Positions 1 to 18,059 of a DNA stretch of 64,000 nucleotides are shown here, piece after piece (the stretch's first letter is position 1; each line of letters begins with the position of its first letter). This DNA is from the human T2T-CHM13v2.0 reference genome, Homo sapiens. The notes under the pieces were generated by a model. That model did no database searches. It saw only the letters and a program-made list of their open reading frames with translations, and had not been told where the DNA came from. Position numbers and translations under genes: made by a program. The stretch is taken from the NCBI RefSeq assembly GCF_009914755.1, contig NC_060942.1; one strand, 5' to 3'.

Positions 1-890
1 TAAAAAATTTATTTGACTTGAAGTTTCACTTCAAATCCCTCCTTTCAGCTGAAGCATTCTTCAACATTTTCCTCATTCTTAAACTTTCACAATTCTCTTA
101 CAGTTAATACCATCTTTCTTGAGTATAACATTACATGCCATAGAACGTTTTGTGCAATTTGCATGCATCAACACTAATCAATACATAAAACCTGTAAGAA
201 AGGTAAGAATATCTGTTTGAAAAGAAAAATGTGTGGCTAAGTAAGTTGAGTTTCTGATATTCTTACAATTGGATCCATTTGGCTGAATTGAAACACTTCG
301 TATTTTTTTACTCCATCTAATGAGTTCTTCATTGTTAGTGCAAACATCTTTCTTGTCACAAAACTCTAAATTCTTAAAGAAATACATCTTTTATGACCCT
401 CGGCCTCTAAACAGTAATATTTATAGAGTATTTTCTCTTAAAACAAATGCTTGAACTGATTAAAGGGAGATGAATTCCTAGCACATCAGGTGAGAACATC
501 CAGTAAAAGATTTAAATTCCTTTATAAATCTGAACAGAGTTAGTGGGGGCTGGGGGATGTGGGTTTAGATATAGAATTACATTTTGAATTTGAGTCAATG
601 TTAAAATTCCATTCTAATTATGCTTGGAGTCATACCTACTGAAGGTTACAACTTTCCTTTAACAACAAGGAAATCCTTTGTCTTTTCTACAGGTTCACAG
701 AGTATAGTGTTTTAGCTCTCACATTATCTCACTGCTTCACTAGAATTTCAAATACTTGATTCTCCTTAGAAACAAATGTCATGGTATTAACTGTATATAT
801 TAATAATAATACATAATATATAATACAATTTTTGAAGCATCACAACTTCCAAATAGCATACTAAAACTCATGTCCAAAATATGTTAACCA

Positions 891-991
891 TATATATATA
901 TACACACACATATAGTTTTATATATATATATGTGTGTGTATATATATACATATATATATATATACACACATACACACACAAACACACACAC
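891..991. repeat. Compound (TA)n/(CA)n/(TG)n microsatellite
   Basis: Alternating tatata, cacaca and tgtgtg runs read directly. Confidence 0.95.
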
Positions 992-995
992 TTAT

Positions 996-1100
996 GTAGT
1001 GTTCCCTCATTATCCATCCATGGATCATACTTTCCAAGACCTCCAGTAGATGCCTGAAACCAGGGATAGTACTGAACCCTGTATATATCCTATACTATAT
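996..1100 (-). mobile_element. MER44/Tigger7-family DNA transposon terminal fragment
   Basis: gtagtgttccctcattatcc...ttccaagacctccagtagatgcctgaaaccagggatagtactgaaccctgtatata resembles the recalled reverse-complemented MER44 3' end (TIR CAGTAGTCCCCCCTTATCC). Confidence 0.7.
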
Positions 1101-2030
1101 ATGTGTATATATATACTATATACTACATGTGTGTATATATATACTATATAATATATATGTGTGTATATATACTGTATACTATATATGTGTATATATACAC
1201 TATATAGACTATATATGTATGTATATATGTATATATGTATATACTATACAGTATATACAGTATATATACTATATACAGTATGCTGTATATAGTATATATA
1301 CTATATACGTATGCTGTATATAGTATATATACAGTATATATACTATATACAGTATATGTATACAGTATACAGTATACTGTATATATACTATACATTATAT
1401 ACCATAGTATATACTATATATACTATACATTATAAATAGTACATATAATGTATACTATATAGTGTATATATACCATATACTATATAGTGTATATATACCA
1501 TATACTATATAGTGTATAAATACTGTATATACTATATAGTATATATAGTATATATAGTACTATATAGTGAATATATAGTATATACTATACTATATATACA
1601 CTATATAGTACTATATATACTATATATACACTATATAGTATATATACACTATATAGTATATATACACTATATACAGTATATATACTATAAATACTATATA
1701 TACATTATACTGTATACAGTATATACTATATAGTATAATGTATATACAGTATAGTATATAGTATACTATATACTATACTATATATAGTATATATACTATA
1801 TATGCTATACATTATATACTATAGTATATACTATATATGCTATACATTATATACTATAGTATATACTATATATGCTATACATTATATACTATAGTATATA
1901 CTATATATGCTATACATTATATACTATAGTATATACTATATATGCTATACATTATATACTATAGTATATACTATATATACTATACATTATATATAGTATA
2001 TATATACTGTATACTTGTATACTATATAAG
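1080..2030. repeat. Long TA-rich low-complexity repeat containing a 35-bp VNTR
   Basis: Built from tatatacta/tagtatata words. The unit atatactatatatgctatacattatatactatagt recurs with its G at 1804, 1839, 1874, 1909 and 1944. Confidence 0.95.
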
Positions 2031-2059
2031 TATGGATCTGTAAACAATAAATTTTTTTT

Positions 2060-2488
2060 TCTGTCATCTCTTCTGTTTTTTTACATAAAATAAGTCTGAG
2101 CTACATTTTCCAGGTCCAATATATGTCCTTTAGGGTTTGTCTGGGGTCTGGGTTTCTTCCAAGTGTGATATAGTCAGTCCTAAGTCCTCAATGTCCAAAT
2201 GAGTGCTCAAGTTCCAGCCTGAGATCTGAGTTTTCACCCAGAAGGATGAAGAAAGGATCAATAATGTCATGTAAAGTAATCCAGTTGTATTTTAATGTGG
2301 TTTCTTAGAAGTTTTCTATACAATCTTTCTGCTTACACTGACTCATCACTTTGCTATCCTATTTGCAAGGGACGTGAATAATACAGTCTTTATTCCAGGA
2401 GGCCACATGTCCAGCTCAATTCTGGCAATCTATTACTAAAGAAGGAGAAAGGAGATAAGAGAGTAGATGACTTGCAGTTTCAACTACA
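2060..2488 (-). mobile_element. Old MaLR LTR (MLT1J/K-like)
   Basis: tctgcttacac...tgcaagggacgtgaataatacagtctttattccaggaggccacatgtccagct...ctattactaaagaagg resembles the reverse-complemented MLT1J 5' end. Confidence 0.55.
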
Positions 2489-3389
2489 CAAGTAAATCCA
2501 AGGCCTGGACAGATAATAAGGTGTAACTTCCACATTTTAGAGCTATAATTCTATAATCTTTGTCTATACAAACATATAAAAAATCTTCACCATATGCACA
2601 TGCACACATATATTTAACCTGCCTGTCAAATTTGTGAATATGAAAATCTAGCATAAAAACATAATCTTTTTGATATGCATAGCTTTTTAAAAATAACATT
2701 TCCATGAGGCATCAAAGCTTTAATATCTACAACATTCCTAAATAGGGAAAAAAAATTACACATACCACAGAGCTCAGAACCTGCTATCAATTCCATTCAC
2801 AGTGGCAGAATGGCTTTAATAGCAAAGACATTTATGAGTCATAAATTACCATTTATAAATGCAGTGTTTAGTGTTCATTTCAATGGACGACATATGGTCT
2901 CAACATTTCCAAATAGCTTGAACTGATAAATAGGCCACCAAAGTGGTTCAATTTGTTAAAATGCTAACACATTAACTCCTGCAGAAGTTGGGCTGCAGGT
3001 TTGCATCTGAAATGCTGAGCACTGACTTTGAGATTGCAAGATGCTACCTTTGGAAACTTGGCCAGGATTTATGAAGAGGATCTCACAGTCCATTTCTCAT
3101 CATGATTTATATGATTTCTTGCAGGGAGACTTAGTGATCCATTGAGAATAACCCAACTCATTTGCCTTCATATTTCAGAATGAGACTGCCCATAACACCA
3201 ACAATGCCCTACTGTTTTAATTGAACTATATCTGAGTTATATCTAGTGGACATAATTGGGGAACAGAATGTTCCAATATATTTTAGTACAAATTACTGGA
3301 ATTATTTGGCTCTTCCAAGGGGAAAGGAAAGAACCAGAAGGAAGATGTCTTACTTATAGTTAGCACATTTATATTAAAAATGAATTTAA

Positions 3390-9900
<6,511 letters not shown>

Positions 9901-10224
9901 AATTTAGAAAGAAGGAACTGACACTTGGCAATATCTTGGAGACAGATGTTATTCTAGCCAGCCCTATCACTTAACAATTCATTCTCCCTATGTCTACCAC
10001 TAAACCTCGTTTAATTTATCATCTCCTCTCAAGGCATCTGATTATCAGTTGAAACCCCCTCATCTAAATATTCTTGTCAGAAAGCCTGTGACCCACCGCA
10101 CAGCTTACTTAGCCCCTTCTGCCCACCATAATCATTACATCCTGTTGTAAATGCCTTTTTCTCCTTTAGAGCACAATTTTCCCGAGGATAAGAGTCATGT
10201 TTCCTTTTCTTTATCCTGTTGCTG

Positions 10225-10495
10225 AGAGGTAGTGTTTAAGTTTAAACAAAAAATCATAAAACTTCAAAAGCCAAACTACTTAGATTTGAATGTCTGCTTA
10301 AGCACTGACTACCTGCATGATGCTAGGCAAGTCATTTTATTCTCTCTACTTGTCTTCTCATCTGTAAGATGGGGATAATAATGCAACCTACTTCAGAGAT
10401 GTGTTGAGATAAGTAGGAGTGATAATAAATGTAAAGTACTTAAAAGAGTATCGGATACATAATACACCATATAGAGGTCTTAGCTTTTATTATTG
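10225..10495 (+). mobile_element. MIR SINE
   Basis: Core ttctcatctgtaagatggggataataatgcaacctacttcagag and 3' end gtaaagtacttaaaagagt...agcttttattatt. Confidence 0.8.
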
Positions 10496-11332
10496 CCAAT
10501 GTTGCACTTGGCCACAGTGTTACTTCCCCAGGGAGATTGAAAATGTCATTTTTCTTTCTTGCAAAAGGAAGGGTCTTGTCCCCTGCTAAAAAGATTATAT
10601 GCATGTGATGAGGTGCATTTGTGGAGAGAAGGACTTTCCCTGCAGCCTTGAAACCACATTATTGAGAGAATTTTTTCTATCTTCATTTCTAACTCTTTGA
10701 CTTTGCCCTGACCTGAAGATTTGAAAAGAGATTAAATTTGTCACAGCCCAGTATTCTCTTCTTCCCAACCCAAAGTCTAAATTGTTTATAATGGTCTGCT
10801 CTTGTAAAAAAGAAATCACTTCATATGTTCAGATTTCATCAAGCGGTTAGATGTGGTTGCTTCCAGCTGTGATGGACAGAAGCAAGAAAATTGTAGATGA
10901 AGAGAGGGGTCTGAAAAGTCATAGACAAACAGAGTCCTTGTATAAGAGATCATGTGCTTGCTGTGTTCAAACCCCAGGGCAGTAATTCAGATCACAGGTG
11001 GCTATGGGCAGGAGAAATATGACCCTGAAAACAGAACATACAAGCAAGAGTCACGACTGTGTGTCAGAGCCTCAGATTCTAGTCTAGATGATGCTATGCA
11101 TTAGTCAGGTATTCTTGAGCAAAGTCTGTTAATTCTTTGAATTAGAGCTATATTATACACAGGATGGATTTATGAAGAGTTAAATCATGATGTGATATGT
11201 AGACAATTTAAGAACTACACAGGAAAAAGCCAAATTTATGGCAATATTATGTTTTCTATCAAACCCATTTCTTCCTGTTTAGAAAATAGGCAGACAATTT
11301 TTTTAAATTGGGTGAACCATCTTTATGGTGAC

Positions 11333-11875
11333 TGTATCAGCATTTTCCAGAGAAAGTGAACCAATAAGAGACATATACATATATTCATACATATATGAAT
11401 AAGAAATTGGCTTATATAATTACAGAGGTTGGCAAGTCCTAAAATGTGCAGGGTGAGTTACAAGCAAAAGAACCAAGAGAGCTGATGATGGAATTCCAGT
11501 CAAAAGGCCTGAGAAGCAAGAGAGATAGTGGTATAATTACAGTCCAGAGGCTGATATGCTTGTGACCCAGGATGAACTGATATTTCCACTCAAGTCCAAA
11601 GGCAAGAAAAAGTCAGTGCTACAGGTTAAAGGCAGTTAGGAGTAATCCTCCCTTACTTACAGGAGGATCAGCCTTTTTGTTTTATTTTGGCATTCAGCTG
11701 ATTAGACGAGCCTCACCCCCATTAAGGAGAGCACTCTGCTTTACTTGGTCTACCAATTCTAATGTTAATCTCATCTGGAAACACCCTCACAGACTCACCC
11801 AGAATAATGTTTGGCCAAATGTCTAGGCACCTCATAGCCCAGTCAAGTAATGGACACATGATATTAACGATCAAA
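11333..11875 (-). mobile_element. ERVL solo LTR, MLT2C/D-like
   Basis: tccagagaaagtgaaccaataag...cagaataatgtttggccaaatgtctaggcacc...cccagtcaag match recalled reverse-complemented MLT2 ends. Confidence 0.8.
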
Positions 11876-12267
11876 GAGACTAAAATAATAATAATAGCAA
11901 TGTTGTTATTATAATAATTATAATTTTAATTGCTCTCTTTCAGAGTGTTTGTGTATATGTTCATGTAGTCCATATATATACCAAGTGCCTTCTAGCTCCA
12001 CAGCCATCTTCCATGTAGCTAGAATGTATTTCTGTCCATTCAGTTTTATTATCTGATGTTATATAGGATATTTCTAAAGAAAAGCTTTACATGAAGCCAC
12101 TAACCTTTAATCTGCTCCAGGCACTTTGTATCATCTACCCTCTTCTACATTCTCCCAGCCCCAGTCTTCTGCCTGAGGGCTATGTGGAGACAACATGCCA
12201 CTGTCATTGCCTATCAACAAGATATTCATATAATAGTATTAGTTTCTGGTTCCGAATGTCTCAAACT

Positions 12268-12610
12268 TTCTACGTAGGAAACGCTAAAGACTCTGCCAAA
12301 AGACTCTTAGAGCTGATAAATAATGTCAGTCAATTTCAGGATGTAAACTCAATGTACAAAAATTAGTAGCATTTCTGTACGTCAATAAGTTTCAAGCTGA
12401 GACCCAAATCAAAAGCACAATCCCATTTACAACAGCCACCAAAAAAGAAATAGATAGGAATATGTATTTTATGTATGTATATGTAGTTCTGTATGTATGT
12501 AGTTATTTATGTATATGTAGTAATATTCATACATATTTTATGTATGTATATGTAGTTCTGCTTGTAGAAATATTTTACCTTCTTGGACAGAACAAAACAC
12601 TATTGAAAGT
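12268..12610 (+). mobile_element. Isolated L1 ORF2 (RT region) fragment with internal micro-inversion
   Basis: Translates ...YVGNAKDSAKRLLELINN..., the L1 RT region downstream of the FADD motif. No 3'UTR or poly(A). Confidence 0.8.
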
Positions 12611-12639
12611 GAAGTAGAAAGTATAAAGGGTAAAACGTC

Positions 12640-13052
12640 AAAAAATTGTTCTTAAATAGATTTTAAAAGTTAAGAATGCATATTGTTAGCCTTAGAGCAA
12701 CCTCTGGAAATAATTAAAAGAGGTACGCTTAGAAGCCAATAGGTGAGATAAATAGAATACGAAAAAAATTTCAATAATCCTCAAAGGAAACAGGAAGTGA
12801 GTGAGGAACCAAAAACAAAAGAAACAAATGGGAAAACATTAGTCAGATTGTAGACCTAAAAGGAAGTTTTATGAAAACATCAATGGAAATGCAAATGATC
12901 TAAAAACTCCACTTAAAAGGCAAGACTAATTTATGTGCTATCTAAAAACGGTAGACTTTAAATATGAAAGAACAAACATTTTGAAAGAAAAATATGAACA
13001 ATGATACACCATGCAAAAGGTAAACACAACAAAGCTGTCAATCTTGTATTAC
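12640..13052 (+). mobile_element. Ancient L1 (L1ME-like) inter-ORF/ORF2 start fragment
   Basis: aagttaagaatgcatattgttagccttagagcaacc...aaatgcaaatgatctaaaaactccacttaaaaggcaaga, an ORF2 endonuclease-start-like stretch. Confidence 0.65.
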
Positions 13053-13054
13053 TT

Positions 13055-13290
13055 CAGTAGTCTGCCTTATCTATGGATTCAGTTTTTATGATGTTGGTTA
13101 CCTGAGGTCAACCACAGTCTGAAAATATTAAATGAAAAGTTTCAAAAATCAACAATTCATACGTTTTTTATTGTGTGCTGTTCTGAGTAGTGTAATTAAA
13201 TCTCATACCATACTTCTCTGTACTACCAAGGATGTGAATCATTCCTTTGTCTAGCACAACCACGTTGTATACACTACCTGCATGTTACGT
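13055..13290 (+). mobile_element. MER44/Tigger7-family 5' fragment
   Basis: cagtagtctgccttatct...ggtcaaccacagtctgaaaatattaaatg...gttctgagtagtgtaattaaatctc...gatgtgaatcattcctttgtc. Confidence 0.8.
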
Positions 13291-13846
13291 TATCAAATCA
13301 AGTGTTGCAAAATATAATTTTTGTTATCAAAACAAATGTTGTAAAATATAATTTTGAGAGTCTAAGGATACACCACAAAATTGGTCCACTTTTTTTAATT
13401 TTGAGAGCCTATTGTCTTCATTTGAATCAACTTTTACTTTGATGTTTATTATCCTGACATTTCATACCTCTCTTTTCTGTTTGTAATTTGTTCTATTTCA
13501 AATATTTCCTTTATGTTTTTCCAATATTTTATTATGAAAGTTTTAAGCACACTGAAAAACTCAATTTTGCAGTCAACATCGTATGGCTACTGGTTAGATT
13601 TTACAATTAACATTTTACTAGATTTTTTTCTACAAAACCTATTGTGATCATCATTAGAATGTCATTGTACTTGAAGATTAATTCAAGAACAATGCCTTTT
13701 TGCTACTGTTGATAATTCTAATAACATGGTATATCTCTTTTTTTTAGGCATTTTCAAAATTTTGGAATATTTGAATGTCTCTGGTAAAATGTATGTCTGT
13801 TATGTTTAATACTATATTATTAGCTTTATTTTCCTAATATTTTCTT

Positions 13847-14027
13847 ATTATACTTTAAGTTTTAGGGTACATGTGCACAACATGCAGGTTTGTTACATAT
13901 GTATACATGTGCCATGTTGGTGTGCTGCACTCATTAACTCATTATTTACATTAGGTATATCTCCTAATGCTATCCCTCCCCCCTCCCCCAACCCCACGAC
14001 AGGCCCTGGTGTGTGATGTTCCCCACC
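13847..14027 (-). mobile_element. 5'-truncated L1PA 3'UTR (L1PA4-6-like)
   Basis: attatactttaagttttagggtacatgtgcacaac... with a 19-bp TSD attttc(c/a)taatattttctt at 13828-13846 and 14028-14046. Confidence 0.92.
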
Positions 14028-15037
14028 ATTTTCATAATATTTTCTTCTGACAAAAAATACAGTTGATTTTTATATGTTAACCTCCTATGCTACCTCCCTA
14101 TAAAATTCAATTATTAGCTCTAAAAGTTATTTTTTATATTTTTTAGTTCATTCTATGTAAACAATCATATCATTGGAAAATAGAAAGTTTATTTTTTAAT
14201 ATTCTTTATACCTTTTATTTTCATTTCTTTCCTGACTACAATATCCCTTGTACAAGGTTAAATAAAAGCGGTGAAACTATTAATCTTTATCTTGTTCTCC
14301 ACCATAGACATAAAAAGGTTAAACATTGTATGATAAAGTATGAGATTAACTGTAGATTTTTCATTAATGCCCTTTATCAGATTAATTTTGTGTGGTTTTC
14401 TGAGATTTTGCATCATAAATATTAAATAAAAGTTGAATTTTTCAAATTCTTTTTCTGCATCCATGGAAGTGATTGTTTTTCCCCTGCATTTTTTAGTATA
14501 ATGAATACTGCATTGTTTGTTTTTGAAATACTAAACCAATCTTGAATTCCTGGGATGAAATCTACTTAGTCTTGGTGTTTTATAGTTTTTTTACATGTTG
14601 CTAGATTGGATTTGATAATATTTTGTAAAATGTTTTTATGTTTGTATTCATGAAGACTAATAATCTATCACTTCAGTTTTTGTAATGTATTTACCTGATT
14701 TGGGTATTCAGATTATGTGGACATTGTGAAAATAGTTGGAAATTGTTCTGTTGTCCTCTACATTTTCTAAAAGTGTTTCTTTAAATTGATTTGATTCCTT
14801 TCCTGGATACACCAGTGAAACAAATGCCTGGAATTTTCTTTGTGGAATGAATATTATAATAATTTTTTTTTTATTAAACATCAGGATATTCACATTTTCT
14901 CTTTCATCTTTTTCGTCTGGTTACTTTAGGTTAGTTGTATTTCCAAAAGAAATTTAACAATTTTATTATGACAGGCACTACATAGTTTACTACATAGTTT
15001 ATAGTACTCTCTTATAATCCTCTTAAAATCTCTAGGA

Positions 15038-15296
15038 CATTGTATGTTCACATATGTGGGAGCTAAGCTATGAGGATGCAAAGCAGAAGAATGATAGGAC
15101 TTTGAGGACTTGGGGGAAGGTTGGGGTTTGGTGAGGAATAGAAGACTACACATTGGGTACAGTGTACACTGCTCTGGTGATGGGTGCAACAAAATCTCAG
15201 AAATCACCACTAACGAATTTATTCAGGTAACCAAACACCACCTGTTCCCCAAAAGCCTATCAAAGTAAAAATATTAAAAATTAAAAAATAAAAAAT
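15038..15296 (+). mobile_element. 5'-truncated L1PB1-like 3' end
   Basis: gtgggagctaagctatgaggatgcaaag...cacctgttccccaaaa plus A-rich tail. TSD-like aaatctctagga / atatctgtagga. Confidence 0.85.
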
Positions 15297-16750
15297 AATA
15301 TCTGTAGGATATGTAGTGAAAATTTTCCTGTCATTCATAATATTGATAATTTGTACTTGCTGTTTTTTTCCTCGATGAGTCCTGCTAAGTACTTTTTGAA
15401 GAATAAAATTTCAGCTTTGCTAATTTTATTTATTGCTTGTTATTTTATTCATTTTTGTTCTTATTTTCACTCATTTCTTCCATTTATTTTGCTTTTTTTC
15501 TAGCTTCTTTTTTATTCAGCTTTTATATATAGTGTGTATATGTGCAGACTTGTTACATGGATATATTGCACCCAGGTAGTAAGGATAGCACCCAGTAGTT
15601 ATTCAACTCATGCTCCTCTCCCCCATCTAGTAGTCTGCACTGTTTATTGTTCTCATGTTTATGTCTATGGGTGCTCGGTGTTTAGCCCTCACTTATAAGT
15701 GAGAATATGTGGTGTTTAATTTTCATTCCCGTGTTAATTTGCATGAGATTATGGCCACCAGCTCCATCCATGTTGCTTCAAAAAACATAATTTCATTATA
15801 TTTTATGGATGTACAATATTCCATTGTGTGTATGGACCACATTTTATTGAACAACCCACCACTGATGAGCACCTAGGTTGATTCCATTTCTTTGCTATTG
15901 TGAATAGTGCAGTGATAAACATATGAGTGCATGTGTCTTTCAGTATAACAATCTATTTTTCTTTGTGTGTACACTCAGTAATGGGAATGCTGGGTCAAAT
16001 CTGTTTTAAGTGCTTTGAGAAACCTTCAAACTGCTTTCCAAGGCTACTTGCCAATGTTTGCTTTTGTTGCAATTGTTTTTGAAGACTTAGCCAAAAATTT
16101 TTTGCACCTAGTTTGAGAAGAGTATTTTCTAGATTTTTATAGTTTGAGGTTTTATGGTTACATTTTTAATCCATCCTGAGTTCATTTTTGTACATGGTAA
16201 AAGATAAGGTCCAGTATCATCTTTCTTCTTATGGCTATCCAGTTAGCATCATTTATTGAATAGAGAGTCCTTTTTCCCATTGCTTGTTTTTGTCAAGCTT
16301 GGCTAAGATCAGGTGGTTAAGTGTGCAGCTTTATTTCTAAGTTTTCTATTCTGTTCCATTGGCCTATGTGTCTGTTTTTGTACCAGTACCAGGCTATTTT
16401 GGTCACCACAGCCTTATAGTAGAGTTTGAAGTCAGGTAGTGTGATGCCTCCAGCTTTGTTTTTTTTTTTTTTTTTTTTTTTTTTTGCTTAGAATTAATCT
16501 GGCTATTTGGGCTCATTTTTGGCTCCATATGAATTTCAGAATAGTTTTTATTTTCTAATTCTGTAAAAAATGATTTTGGTGGTTTGACAGGAATAGCAAT
16601 GAATCTATAAATTGCTTTGGGCAGTATGGCCATTTTAATGATACTGATTCTTCCAATCCATGAGCATAAAATGTTCTTCTATTTATTTGTGTCATCTCTG
16701 ATTTCTTTCAGCAGTGTTTTAGGGTTCTTCTTGTACAGATCTTTCCCTTA

Positions 16751-17172
<422 letters not shown>

Positions 17173-17361
17173 AGAAATGCCACTGACTTTTATACATTCA
17201 TTTTGTATCCTTAAACTCTACTACAATCATTTATCAGTTCTAGGTGCCTTTTACTGAAGTCTTTAGGATTTTCTAGGTATAGAATCATATTGTCAGTGAA
17301 GAGAGATATTTTGACTCTTTAGCTATCTGAATGCCGTTTATTTCTCTCTCTTGCCTGCTTG

Positions 17362-18059
17362 TAAGGGGAGGTGTCAGCTGGGCTTCCTGGGTCGAGTAGG
17401 GGCTCAGAAAGCTGTGAAACTCAGTCATTTCCTGCATCAGGACTTACTTTGGTCCTGGATGAATAATATTGAAGATACATGCTTAAAATATTCCTAACAT
17501 CAGAATTTGTGCCTGTGTTTTCTTCCCCAAGAAAGCTATAAACAGCGAAAATTTTGTTGTAAGCTTCCCTGTGTCCTCTCTCCCTCTCTCCCTTCCCCCT
17601 CCCCTGAAACTAAAAGAAATGTTAAAAGCCTGTTTTTCTGTGACCAGCATACCTTGTCTATGCTCCCAATTCCAATTCCTTGTAAACACAATTTGTGAAA
17701 TCCTGTGAGATCCTGTCTCCTTTGCCATGCCGCTGCAAGGTCATAAAGTAGATAAAACTTAAGTTACAATTCCGGTTTTCCTCAAGATCTGAGACATGTT
17801 AATTGTCTTTGTTTCTTGCTCTGGTAACATCTTCCCGCTGCACGTAGTTCCCGCCTTAAAGAGTTTAAAAGGTGATCAAAAAATCTAACACTGGCTACCC
17901 GCTCGGGACCCCTTCCACGCTGTGGAAGCTTTGTACTGTCACTGCTTAATAAAGTCTACAGCCTTTTTTCTCTCGGTCTGATCCGTGTCTCTCTCTCACT
18001 GTGGGCTACCGCCACACCAAATCTTTGGCGTGGCTAAGGCAAGAAACTTTAGCGTTACA
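17362..18059 (+). mobile_element. ERV1 solo LTR, LTR30-like
   Basis: About 700 bp ending ...gcgttaca, with AATAAA near 17948 and a 4-bp TSD cttg (17358-17361, 18060-18063) interrupting L1 ORF2. Subfamily name from recall. Confidence 0.8.

Noticed and set aside
178-387. 69-aa minus-strand ORF in unique sequence with nearby gtaag motifs
   Set aside because: No recognisable protein similarity and no convincing acceptor-donor pair.
1129-1733. Y/I/V-rich ORFs on both strands
   Set aside because: Translations of the TA-rich repeat; stop-free by composition only.
1791-1992. 35-bp periodicity as a CRISPR-like array
   Set aside because: Units are head-to-tail with no unique spacers, in a eukaryotic context; this is a VNTR.
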